From Adineta vaga (Eukaryota; Animalia; Rotifera), in the NCBI GenBank assembly GCA_021613535.1, contig CP075492.1, positions 5,270,001 through 5,334,000 on the forward strand: a stretch of 64,000 bases of DNA. The letters run 5' to 3'. Of the stretch, positions 12,978 through 24,783 are shown one piece after another. The translations under genes and the position numbers were made by a program. Below the pieces are notes generated by a model. The model worked only from the letters and a program-made list of their open reading frames with translations. It searched no databases and was not told the origin of the DNA. The number at the start of each line of letters is the position of its first letter. The first letter of the stretch is position 1.

Positions 12978-14116
12978 ATTCAAAATAGTAACTTGGCATT
13001 TTCGTACATAAGACATTTGTCTCATATAATATTTTCGTTTATGAATGTAGATGGGCAATGGATGTGTTGTACTTTTTCCTTTTATTTTTATAGTAAAAAG
13101 CTCTCTAGTTCTGATGCAATCGTTTATATTGCAAGTTAACTGAATGGTTTTTCTCGATAAGATGTTATTATAAGGATTTCTTCTGTTTTGTTTAAAAAAC
13201 GTCGTCGTTCTTTTTTTTCGGTGAATTAGAAAGATGGTTTTGTCCCGTGGGTAATAAAATTCATTACATCACGCACGTCATTGTTGAGACACACAATTTT
13301 TTTGATTCGCATAATGATGTGTATGAGACGACATGAATATTTTTTGGCTTTTATTCGTGTCCGTCTCTTAAGCAAGTTTCTAAATGTATCTCTATATACA
13401 CTTTTGCGACGATCTGAACTGTTCGATGAGCAAATGAAAGATTACGAGAGAGATTCACAAATTTATATAGTAGAACAATGGTCACAGGTGGTAACGATAG
13501 AACGAGTATAATTGTTGACGTTCATCAAGTTATTCATGAATATGTACGCGATAATTCTGTAAATCTTGAATTACTAATCGTCATGGAGCTATTACGAAGA
13601 TGTTTTTGTCTCATCGTCTTTTGCCGCAAATTTAAATGATTGATCCTCTGATACTAAATGCTGAAATATTAGCTAACCATCAAGCCATATGTTTTCTTTT
13701 CTTCTTCTCAACACTGACTCTTCAAAGAATTGATCCCACATCATTCATCAACACAAAGGGGAAAAGAGTGAGAATTTGACTAATCCAAAAAGAAACGCTT
13801 CTGACGTATGGTTAAGTACCATCTTATGAATCATAGCGTTTTCAGTTTATTAGAAGCACACATTCTTCGTGAATAAGTGATTATGAGTAAGTTTCAGAAC
13901 ATTGTATGATCTCCTCTAGCAGCTTTGAAAGCATCGGAGGTATTTCATTAATCGTTTAAGCAATATTTATTTTAATTACATCGATAGATTAACCACTCGT
14001 TGCTATTCATTTGATTACACACACTAATGACTGTGAAGATACATACAAAACAATACATTTTTGGCAAAGAATTAAAATTTTTTCGATTGGTCACTCTATG
14101 AACTTCTTTCGAATGT

Positions 14117-15371
14117 TCAAATTAAAGTATATTTAGCAACTCTATTATATCCATACATAATTACATATAGATCACCATTATTTAGATCCAAAGCAATTGA
14201 TGCAAAATAGTCTGCAATATAATCATCATTCTCTCCAGCCATGTATGTATGTTCCCAAGCCGATGAAGTACGAGGATTGTCTAAAATATTCTGTATTGTA
14301 TTAATAGCATATCCCGTCGAATTATAAATAATTAATGATGCTTGACTATCGATTGTATACAAATTACCATTACAATCACCTACAATTGCCAATGGGCTTG
14401 GCTTTACTTGCATCACTGTATCTGCATATCTACTATCTTTTGCCATTCGTTGTACTCGAAAATATTCCATATCGATAGCAAAATAATTCAATTTCGAATC
14501 AATATAAGTATTCGCTGTACCAGTTGGTAATGTTCCTGAGATTTCTCGTTCTCCAAAAACTCTCTTCATTATTGATTCTTTATACGTGGGTGCTAAATAT
14601 ATCCAAAGATTAACTCCCGATGCAAAATATACATTTAAATCTTTATCGATATTAAAACTTGAGAATCTTCCAAATTGTACGAGCAATTCTGTACCATTTT
14701 CTAATAATGATGATGGCCAAACAATAACATGATTATACCGTTTAGAATCCTCATGATATGTATATAAAATATCATTTTTATCGATAGCTAATCCAAGAAA
14801 GTTATCCATTGTCGGATATCGTTCGATTCCATTTCCAATAACTACTTGTCCTATTTGAGAGTTGGGTGTGTATTTCAAAACACGTCGATTACCAGAATCG
14901 AATACATAGAAATTGTGTCGACTATCGACAACAACGGTCAATGGCTTATCGAGTTCATAAATAGTTGATCCTCGTGATTCATTTCCAGCAACAATTATTT
15001 TATTTGTACTATATCGCGGATACAATGGAAGTGAACAACCATTTGTTTTTGTTATATTTTCTGGAACTATAAAATAGAAAATAGTTAACGAGTATGGAAC
15101 GTATGTATTACTTTTTCTTACTCAAACTTGTCGATGTTACTACTCGCGTAGTACTTGTTTGCAGATCAGAATGATTAGTCGATGACGTTGTTGGTACATC
15201 TTGTATTTTCGTTTTCTTTGAAACGATAAAAACTATACCTGATATTGATACGATAAGAACACATATTAAACCAATGATGAATATAATAACAATTTTTATT
15301 GGTGATTTTCGAGAAAATTCATAATTGAATTCATCACCATGTTGTGGTAAAACTTGTCCTTCAAAATTCAT
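14117..15371 (-). CDS. Type II membrane NHL/beta-propeller protein; exons 15371-15122, 15066-14117
   Basis: N-terminal TM IVIIFIIGLICVLIVSISGIVFIV, Ser/Thr stalk, NHL-like IIVAGNESRGSTIYELDKPLTVVVD...YVFDSGNRRV. Confidence 0.8.
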
Positions 15372-15553
15372 ATTGAATGTAAATATGTTAGTAATGTGAA
15401 TGTCTATAATTTGTGAAAGCAATGAAGTGGAACGAGAAATCAATTTCGATTTGTTACGAAACATTTTCTTCCGACGTGTTGAAAATAAAGAACGCAAAAA
15501 AAAGATTGTTTGTATTGATTATATTAGACTGTTTTCATAAAAACAGTATACTA

Positions 15554-17887
15554 ATGGGTTCGAACGTTTCTCAATCCGAGGGAATGATTATCGATGTTTT
15601 ACCTTTAAATAAAAATACGTCTCATCGACTTCGTTTTATTGATGAAACAATTGATTCATTTACATTAATATGGTTAGATATACAATCCAAAGGTAATGAT
15701 CTTGATTCATTACGTACAAAACGATTACTTTTAGAAATCAATCAAAAATGTTTATTCTATGATGATTGTCAATTATTCTTTCATGATATTGATCAAATGA
15801 AATTTGAAAATAAAAAAGTTCTTCTCATTGTCTCTGGATCATTCATTGAACTTGTACTTTCTCGATCTGGAATTAAAACTATCATTTCCATGATTATCAT
15901 TTTCTGTCGACATTATTATAAATATGCAAAGTTAAAAGAAGATGGTATTGTTGATATTTGTACCGATCATAGATCATTACAAAATTGTATTCAACGCGAA
16001 TTACCATCATTAAAATTAAATCTTTTCGAAAATCAACCATTAAAATCTTTATTATCATTCACAGAAAATACTTTAAATGATCGAATTTCTTTTACATATA
16101 TTCTATTTATTGAATTATTAAAACAAATGCCACAAACGAAACAAGTTCGAGAAATCATGTTAAATAAATGTAAAGATTATTATCGTGATAATAAATTTCG
16201 TTTACTCGAAATTAATAACTTTCATCAAACATATAAATCTAATCAAGCTTTAAAATGGTATACTCAAGATTCATTTATCTATCGATTAGTTAATCGAGCT
16301 TTTCGAACTGAAGATATCACTCTTTGGTATATATTTCGTTATTATATTATTGATTTATGTTTACAATTAGAAGATATTCATCGGCAGCAAGTCACCAAAT
16401 TTGGTCATCGTTCTTTAAGATTATTTCGTGGACAAGCACAAATGTTAACAACAGAATTAGACGATATTCAATCAAGAATTGGCAATCTTATTGTTACTAC
16501 TGGCTTTTTATCTACATCATTTGAATCAAATGTAGCAAATATGTTTGCATCAAGTGCACCACAAAGTGAAACATTCAAAGCCGTTTTATATGAGATTATT
16601 CTTGATACGGAAATTGCAAAGAATGTGATTTTTGTTGATGTTTTGGATTATCTTTCCTCACAAAATGAAGCAGCTGATATGCATATAGAAGAACGAGAGA
16701 TTTTGTTTAATATTGGTTCAGTATTTCGAATTGAAAATGTGCATTATGAATCATCAACAAATCTTTGGCATATTAAAATGGAAGCAACGGATAGAGATTT
16801 TAATCAAATTAAATTAGTTAAGAATAAATTTCAACATGGAAATCAAAATCTTCTTTTCGGTCGTTTATTATTGGATAGTGATCATTATGAAGAAGCAAAT
16901 TCATATTTTCAATTGATGATTAAAGTTCTACCGAAATCTCATCAAGATCTTGGTACTGTTTATGATGCAATTGGAAATTTAAATATGCGTATAACAAATT
17001 GGAATGAAGCTTTGAAAAATTTTCATCAAGCTTATGAAATAAAAAAGAAATTTTACGAGAAAAATCATCCTGAATTAGGTATAACATTAAATAATCTTGG
17101 AAATTATTATAAAGCAATCGAAGAGAATAATCGTGCATTGAATTTATATCATCAATCATTAGAATGCATTAATAACAATCGTTTGAATATTGCCGTAACG
17201 AAACTGAATATTGGAACTATCCTAAAAATTAATCATCAATATTTACAAGCATTAGAAAATTGTCATGAAGCATTTTCAATTTTACAACAAATCGAACCTT
17301 GTATGCATATAGAATTGATTACTTGTCAAGGTTCAATTGGAGATATTCATTATGCAAAAGAAGAATATGAGATAGCTGAAGTATTTTATCTTTCGGCATT
17401 CAATATGGCGAAAAAACATGTCTTCTTTGGTGATCGTTGTTTAATACATTGCATTAATGCATTAGCAGATACTTATGAACAACAAGATTCTGCAGATCGA
17501 CAACGTGCAAGTGAATTTTGTAATGAACAATTGATATTACATAAAAAATATCTACCTGAAAATCATGTTTCAATTGCATATATTCTAATGAAATTAGGTC
17601 AATTGTTAGATAAGATTGATTTCTATTTAGAAGCATTCTATATTTTTGAAAGAAATCTTTATCGAGAATATGCATCGACAGCAAAATGTTCGATATTAAT
17701 TGCACAATGTTATGATAAACATAAAATGTATGAAGAAGCTTTATCATTCTATACGAAAGCATATCAAATTCAAACAAAAATTTATCCAAAAAATCATTCG
17801 ATAATCAATGGAACTGAACAATTACTTACTATTGTTGAAAAACGATTTAAAGAACAATTAAGTTTTCAACAGACAAATCAATCTTGA
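15554..17887 (+). CDS. Mono-ADP-ribosyltransferase (R-S-E clade, C3/VIP2-like) plus TPR protein, intronless
   Basis: WYTQDSFIYRLVNRAFR, LFRGQ (R), GFLSTS (STS), EEREILF (ExE), then TPRs (HPELGITLNNLGNYY). Probable start MGSNVS is a myristoylation-like motif. Confidence 0.88.
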   Translation: MGSNVSQSEGMIIDVLPLNKNTSHRLRFIDETIDSFTLIWLDIQSKGNDLDSLRTKRLLLEINQKCLFYDDCQLFFHDIDQMKFENKKVLLIVSGSFIELVLSRSGIKTIISMIIIFCRHYYKYAKLKEDGIVDICTDHRSLQNCIQRELPSLKLNLFENQPLKSLLSFTENTLNDRISFTYILFIELLKQMPQTKQVREIMLNKCKDYYRDNKFRLLEINNFHQTYKSNQALKWYTQDSFIYRLVNRAFRTEDITLWYIFRYYIIDLCLQLEDIHRQQVTKFGHRSLRLFRGQAQMLTTELDDIQSRIGNLIVTTGFLSTSFESNVANMFASSAPQSETFKAVLYEIILDTEIAKNVIFVDVLDYLSSQNEAADMHIEEREILFNIGSVFRIENVHYESSTNLWHIKMEATDRDFNQIKLVKNKFQHGNQNLLFGRLLLDSDHYEEANSYFQLMIKVLPKSHQDLGTVYDAIGNLNMRITNWNEALKNFHQAYEIKKKFYEKNHPELGITLNNLGNYYKAIEENNRALNLYHQSLECINNNRLNIAVTKLNIGTILKINHQYLQALENCHEAFSILQQIEPCMHIELITCQGSIGDIHYAKEEYEIAEVFYLSAFNMAKKHVFFGDRCLIHCINALADTYEQQDSADRQRASEFCNEQLILHKKYLPENHVSIAYILMKLGQLLDKIDFYLEAFYIFERNLYREYASTAKCSILIAQCYDKHKMYEEALSFYTKAYQIQTKIYPKNHSIINGTEQLLTIVEKRFKEQLSFQQTNQS

Positions 17888-17964
17888 AAGACAACTATCT
17901 ATTCTTCGTATTCGCCAATGATAAGCAAAAGATTGCGTCGATAGAAAAGATTCACTGTTAAATA

Positions 17965-18909
17965 TTATTTATTTGAAATATATAAGAAAAAAGTTAGTAA
18001 TAAGAAAATATTAAGAGAAACTCTATTTTTAATACTATTACTATTGTATGATAAAAATGGATTAATTTCATCAGCAATTAATTGATGTATTGTACTGGTT
18101 ACATGGAAACTATCCAGAAAAATATATGTGGATGGATCTTGACAAAATACTGCTACAGCAGTAAAATTATATACATCCCAACATCGATCAACCGTATTTG
18201 AAAAAGGAAATGATTGATTTGCCATTATTTTTGTGAAGAGTGTATAAACATCATACTTTTGTAAACTTATATTTGGATATGTAGTTTTTAAGGCATTAAT
18301 ACCAGTCGTTAAATCAGTATTGACCGCATTGGTTAGTGAAATGTAATAAGCAGATTTATTTTGTCGACTAAAATATGGAAATATTTGAATAGGTGGAGCA
18401 TTAAAGATAAGAAAATTTTGACCACCAAGTGCAATTAAATCTTTCACAGCATTCAAATAACTGTTCACAAAAGTTGATGAATTCATTGTTGGATTATAGA
18501 CTAAATCATTTCCACCAGCCCATAAAATATACATTGTTCGATTGAAATTCATCATAGTAGATGATGAACTGTTAATATAAGATGAGATTTGTTGTCGTAA
18601 ACCAGGCACAGGAACTGTCAACGATTTTGAATAACCTTGAACTACAGCATTGTCGGTTGTTCCACCAGCAAAAGCATAATTTAATTTTTCACTGATATTT
18701 ACTCGATCTACCCAATTTGGACCATTACAAAAGCGACCTTGATAATATGGACTTATTGGCCATGTATAGTTTGTTAATTTGTACACATTACCGGTATCTG
18801 TTAGGGAATCACCGAAGATAACAGCTCGATCGAATCGATATATTCGAACACCAATTACTGACGCAAAGATTGACAAAAATAAAAATACAAACCAATGTAT
18901 AGAGTGCAT
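17965..18909 (-). CDS. Secreted, possibly GPI-anchored SGNH/GDSL lipase/esterase
   Basis: Signal peptide, FGDSLTDTGN, GRFCNGPNW, NYAFAGGT, WAGGND, FLDSFH (DxxH), hydrophobic C-terminus; intronless. Confidence 0.9.
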   Translation of the reverse strand: MHSIHWFVFLFLSIFASVIGVRIYRFDRAVIFGDSLTDTGNVYKLTNYTWPISPYYQGRFCNGPNWVDRVNISEKLNYAFAGGTTDNAVVQGYSKSLTVPVPGLRQQISSYINSSSSTMMNFNRTMYILWAGGNDLVYNPTMNSSTFVNSYLNAVKDLIALGGQNFLIFNAPPIQIFPYFSRQNKSAYYISLTNAVNTDLTTGINALKTTYPNISLQKYDVYTLFTKIMANQSFPFSNTVDRCWDVYNFTAVAVFCQDPSTYIFLDSFHVTSTIHQLIADEINPFLSYNSNSIKNRVSLNIFLLLTFFLYISNK

Positions 18910-19488
18910 TTTGTTTTCGAAATAACATGATTCTCAATACTAAACGTATGTATATATCATTACATTTTTTTTTCTTCTTTCATGCATTTACTGACACATA
19001 TGGTACGGATCGATAGCTTATTATTGTATAAGTAAACGATTCGTTTAACTATAAAATGGAAAATAAACGCTTCTATTCATAAATAAATATGTACAGAACG
19101 AGTAAGAGAAAAAAATTGGACAAGCCGTTTTTATTCTTCACTCTCGCAGACATTCTAAACGATGTCATATATACAATGTCAAAGAAATCAACCGATTGAC
19201 ATTTCTTGAGTTTTAATTATAGTAGAAAATATGTTTGCATTTGATATTTTATTCATTGATATGTCACGTCGAACTTATTTTGATTATTTAGATTATAATC
19301 GGTACTTCTTAGTTCTCATGCAGATGGATTGACAGACTATACTGGAAATAATTCTTGTACGTTTTTCGTTTGATGTGAAGATAAGTGGAGAGAGTGAACA
19401 GATTTATAATTAGTTTTCAAACTATAGTGATTATGTTTATACCAATCTTTTCTCAAATTGATGCTTTCGATCAATAGCGTCTATTTAT

Positions 19489-19512
19489 TATATATATATA
19501 TATATATATATA
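19489..19512. repeat. (TA)n microsatellite
   Basis: Run of about 12 TA units. Confidence 0.85.
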
Positions 19513-19605
19513 AGTATAGTGCTCTCTTAGAGATGAATATTTTGATCAACCAAATTAGTTCAATAAAATTTGATGAGTTATTTGACAACGACGTTATTCG
19601 AGAAT

Positions 19606-19935
19606 TTGTTCTGTATTACTTATCATATGAATTGTAACTATACAAGAAGTATTAACACTTATGTGTTTTCAAACACATATTATACAGAGTGTAACGTATA
19701 CGATGAAAATAATGGATTCGACGATTCATCGTTATGATTCTGATGCTACAAAAGTTTGCAGTTGTGCAAGTTATTTATTTCAATGTTCCAACAATATTTT
19801 CTGTACAGATCAAGAAAAGCAAAATAAAACTATATTAAATGGTATCATGAATTAACAGATAAGAAATCATGTACGAAGATGCCTGAATTATCTGGATTTT
19901 TGAATGTGACGTGTTGTAGTACAGATCTATATATT
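19606..19935 (+). pseudogene. Ly6/uPAR (three-finger)-like pseudogene, first copy of tandem triplet
   Basis: SVLLII*IVTIQEVLTLMCF (stop in signal peptide); CSCASY; frameshift near 19833; then KWYHELTDKKSC...LNVTCCSTDLY (terminal Cys lost). Confidence 0.75.
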
Positions 19936-20174
19936 CGGTTTTTGTTTCATAACTATAGTATGTACGATGTTTAATTAGTTGAATATACAGTATACATATA
20001 TACATTAGTTTTTGTCACATGGTAAAACGTGATAGAATATGAGAGAAAAATAAGATAATAAAACTAATCATTGTTTTACTTTTGCAAAACATAGAATAGA
20101 AATTTTATAGAGGATGAATTTCACATAGAATATAATAGAAAAAAACAATTTTTTCAAACATTACTAAATCAAGA

Positions 20175-20660
20175 ATGTCGATGCTCCTCTATCCTATCGT
20201 TTTACTCACCATCATTCAAAGAATAGACACACTTCGATGCTACGTATCTACTTCAATAAACTATGGTACTCATCATTTAAGCATAGGTCATTCCTCTCTT
20301 AGTGAAAATGTGTGCGACGATATGTCAATTTGTACTTGTGCTAGCTATCAATATCGAGATTCAAATGATAATTCTGAAGGTAATCAAAAGAATACAACAA
20401 AATGGTTCTATAAAATCCTGACAAATGAATCATGTTTGGCACTCTCATCATTATCTGAATATATCAATGTGTCATGTTGTTATACTGATATGTGTAACGA
20501 TCAAGGATTTGATGATGATCAACATATAATATCATTTACAGTTTCTATACTACTCATTTTTGTTGCTCTCTATTTTGTATGCAATTATGTTTTAGTAATT
20601 GATATTCGTATTCTCTTTGAATTTACACGCGAGATTTTTAATTCAGCTATTTTTACATAA
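20175..20660 (+). CDS. Ly6/uPAR-like small Cys-rich membrane/GPI protein
   Basis: Signal peptide, LRCY, CTCASY, CCYTDMCN, hydrophobic tail. Confidence 0.8.
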   Translation: MSMLLYPIVLLTIIQRIDTLRCYVSTSINYGTHHLSIGHSSLSENVCDDMSICTCASYQYRDSNDNSEGNQKNTTKWFYKILTNESCLALSSLSEYINVSCCYTDMCNDQGFDDDQHIISFTVSILLIFVALYFVCNYVLVIDIRILFEFTREIFNSAIFT

Positions 20661-21063
20661 ATAAATAATCGAAAAGAATATAACTTCTTCGTTAAATTAA
20701 TTTTTTCTTATATCGAGTCAAATTTAGAATGTAGATAGTTTTATTTTCTATTTGTATATAAGTAATACGATAAAATTTCAAATAATCATTGTGGTAATAT
20801 GATTGGAAAAAATATGTGTTGTTTGTCAATAACATATAACAAAAATTCAGACTTGATTTTCGTCATTATACTCTTCTCGTCGTTTGTATATATAAACAAA
20901 CCGTGCACATGGTCGATTATATCTATTTGTTTTAAACACATATTCGTATTTATCTATAAGTATATTATATCAAAACATTTTATTCATCGGTAAAATATAT
21001 TGACGATTTTTTTCTCATCGGAGCATTGAAACGTAACTTGATCAATAGAAGTTATTTGTACTA

Positions 21064-21489
21064 ATGCACGCGTTCTTGCAAGTTATTCTTGTTGTGGCTG
21101 CAATCTCTGGCGTATATACACTTCGATGCTATACATTAAATCGAGATACAAGCAATGTGTATCGATTAAATGTTGATGATTCAGATACGAATCCAAATGC
21201 ATGCCAAAATACTTCAGATTGTGTATGCGTCAGCTATCGAGTTCAATGTCCTGATACCTTCAGTCTTCTTTGTACTACAGCTGAAAATCAAAGCAAAGCG
21301 TTCAAATGGGGTTATTCATTTGCAACAGCAGAAATTTGTACTGGATTACCATCGATAGCAGGAATTATGAATGTTACTTGTTGCTTGACAAATATGTGTA
21401 ATTCTCAAGGATTTAGTCAAGCGTCATTTACAAATATACCTTCGTTTTTAATATGGATTTTTTCATTCTATTTTCTATGTTCTATTTAA
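21064..21489 (+). CDS. Ly6/uPAR-like GPI-anchored protein
   Basis: Signal peptide, LRCY, 10 Cys in the domain ending CCLTNMCN, GPI-like hydrophobic tail. Confidence 0.85.
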   Translation: MHAFLQVILVVAAISGVYTLRCYTLNRDTSNVYRLNVDDSDTNPNACQNTSDCVCVSYRVQCPDTFSLLCTTAENQSKAFKWGYSFATAEICTGLPSIAGIMNVTCCLTNMCNSQGFSQASFTNIPSFLIWIFSFYFLCSI

Positions 21490-22124
21490 ATTTATTTAAT
21501 AAAATATACGAAAAAAACGCATCAGTCATACTATTTAGTCAAATTTGTCCTTATATTTCTTTCCCTGCGCCTGATATTTACAGCAATTAAACTAAATTAA
21601 CTAACATCACAATATTCATTAGAAAAGAAAGCGTTTTGTTTTCAAAAATGTTATTAAAACATAATTTGCAATGAGAGATAAACGTTCAGCTACACTCGAT
21701 GAATTCGACATTTTATAATGCTTAAGATAGATATTATATGCTTTCATCATCAAATTTTAATAACATCTTTGGAAACAGAGACATAGTTTTTTAAGATATG
21801 AAAATATACTTATAACTCTTCGATTTGATGAGACATTAACTCATTCAGCTCTAAACTATGCCAATAAACTAGTTCGGATAAATCGAATGGTACATACATA
21901 GTATCATGAACGGAAGATGCAAGTAAATCTTTTTTACTCTATATGATAGTAGGTAATGCTGCTATAAAATACAGTTACAATCTAAATAGTCTTTCGATGA
22001 TCACAGTCATTTTACAAAAATAGTTTGGAAAAGAACTAAATGAATTGGTGTTGGATATGTCGCTTCACTAAATATAAATATCAAGAAAAGAAAAACGAGA
22101 GCAGGTAAACATGTCATTATCGGT

Positions 22125-24161
22125 TCAATCAAAAACAATGTTGCAACTTTGACCACTTTGACATAGTTTTTGCATCGATGAGAAATCAATACCTAATGCA
22201 CAGTATTCTGGATGTTGAGGTAGAAACGTCTTAAACCACCATTTCGATTCAGGTAAAAGTGCAGGATGATTATCTGTAATACGTGTCAATACTCCCGTGC
22301 ATACAATTGGACATTGTGGATCATTAAAATCTAGAAAACTTTCTCCTTGACAGTCAATAAGCCATTCAATACAATCGTTTGATATGTTGGGATCGATCGT
22401 GCAATTATCAGTTCCTAAAGTTTCAGATCCTATTTTTTTAATACTTTCTGGATGAACACGACATTCCAATACAAACTGTACGTATTTACCCGTTTTGAAA
22501 AATTTATTTTGATTAGATGATTCAATGGGTTTTACTTCAGCATATCTAGGATGACCAGCGTAGTTCACAGATGGAGTAAGATATACACCAGACCCATGTG
22601 CTTTGACGTCAGCTGCCTTTAATCCATTAAGTAAAATAGATAATCCATGAGCAAATTTCGTTCCATGATAACCGATACACCAACCGTGAAATTGGGTATT
22701 AAAATTATCTGTCACATAGAATGAACGTCTTTGCCAACCAACAGGACAATAATACGGTTTATTTCCACGATTTTTGCCATCAGTGAGAGCACCTTTCCAG
22801 TAATCACAACCGAAAATATATTTACGATTAAATTGTGGATTCAATTTAATAGTAGCACGATGTTTTTGCGTTTTCCATAAATATTCTATAGGACCCAAAA
22901 ACATGAAAAACATCTTTGTTTTACCAAGTTCTTGTCGAGATTCATCGGTAAGTGAATGATAGATCAAATTTAAACATACATTTTTTTCCTTGGATTCAAT
23001 TTTATCAAGAACATCTAAATGTACTATAGCAGAACCTTGCTGAATTTGTTTGACTACAATATCTTTCATTTTTAGTTTAAATTTCTTACAGAACGACTCT
23101 AAAAATGGTTGTAATTCGAACGTTTTACAATCTTCATCAATGCCAAATACTAATGATGATGTTACTTTCGTATGCTTATCAAATATTTCATTAGCAACTG
23201 ATATCAATGGTTGCTTAGTTAGACGATAATATTCTTTACAATCTTCATAATAACTTTTTTCGTCAGGTGATAATGGTTTGTCTGTAAGGAATTGACCAGT
23301 TGTTAGAATAGGTTCTTCTACAATAGAAAAATAATCTATATATTCTATTTTTAAAGTCCTATCAAACTTACTTGGAGGAGGAGGAGGAGGAGGTGGAATG
23401 ACATAGTTCAAATAAATATCTCGTGTTTGTTGTAATCCATTCATAATCAATGGTCGTTGTCTTCTATTACTTTCTTGTGAAACATCATATGCGATACGTT
23501 CAAAAAGATCGACAATATGAATATTTTCTTGTTTGATATTTTTCAGTAAATGTTTGCTAAATAAATGATTCCGATCAATCTCATTAATACCACAAGCAAA
23601 TTGAATCAATACTCCATCCATTGTTTTCATTTCACATAAACCTTTGCTTTCACTGGCTGCTAAAACATGATTGAAACATCATTTTATGGTAACATTATTT
23701 TAATTCGATTACTTACAATTTGATGATGTTGCACTCTTGAATAAATACGTTCCTGGACAATCCAAGATAAAAGCATTTACATATGATGAATTTTTTTCTT
23801 GAATACGTTCGAGAATTCGTTGAAAATCAACAGCAAAATCTTCAATATCTCGATTTCTCTCTATATGATTATCATCAACCGGTATTAGATAGTTTTTATT
23901 TTTTACTTGACAACCATGACCAACGAAATAGAAGAAAATCAAATCATTATGAGAGATTATTTTTGCAAAATCAGTAATACACGTAGACAATTCATGTTTC
24001 TCCACATTACATGCCGTTGTCACATTAAAACCGATTGTTTTCAAAGAATCACCTAAACTTCTTGCATTTTCAATTGAACGTTCGAGACGATTTTCTGATC
24101 GATGATAATCACTATTAGCAATAATTAATGCTAATTTCCGATGACGAGATGAACTTGCCAT
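22125..24161 (-). CDS. Caspase-like (C14) domain, poly-Pro linker, SEA-like segment and PARP-like (H-Y-E, NEURL4-type) ART domain; exons 24161-23717, 23659-23372, 23317-22125
   Basis: KLALIIANSDY, FFYFVGHG, NYLIPVD, FILDCPG, LFSKHLL, QRP (C14 fold); QGSAIV; YYCPVGW, GYHGT, GVYLTPSVNYAGHPRYA, VQFVLECRVHP, IDPNISNDCIEW (ART). Confidence 0.85.
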
Positions 24162-24783
24162 GTATCTTCTACTTTCGATTTTCAATTCAAAATAACCACT
24201 CAGAATAAAAATGAAAGGTTTTTTTCTCTTCCGTATAAGTTAAGTTGGCAAAAAAAACAATGACGATTCAACATGTGACTTTAAATCAACAATGGAAAAA
24301 AGAAAGAAAAAAGAACTCTTTTTGAGAGTCAAAACAACATCAAACATTTGAAGAAAATCGTCTTATTAATTGCGCAATTCATCTCTGTATATTTTCTATG
24401 GTAAAACAAAAACAATGAATGATATTAGAAGATAATAACCATACGATCACATCAAATATTAATATGAATATATTAATCGCAAGTGATGAATCTTTACATT
24501 TGGTTTAATATAATAACCGAGAATAGGATCAAGTGAATATGATAAAGAATCTGTTCGTTGAAGATTTATCAGCGAGTGAATCTCATTTATGTGTTATTTC
24601 TTCAACAAATCATGGCAGTGATGCGCTAATTACTTTCGTCTGTTTTGTGTCTTCTTCTTTCGTTCAATGCGAGAACAATCAATTTTGATAAGATAATTAT
24701 AAATTCAATTGATATGAACATCTATTTCACGGAAAGGTCAATCATTCATCTCGTTCTCTTTTCGTATCACACATTCACTTGCA

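Noticed and set aside
13500-13945. Coding-like intergenic stretch
   Set aside because: Frequent stops in the frames I read and no recognisable motif; may be an old remnant but cannot be supported.
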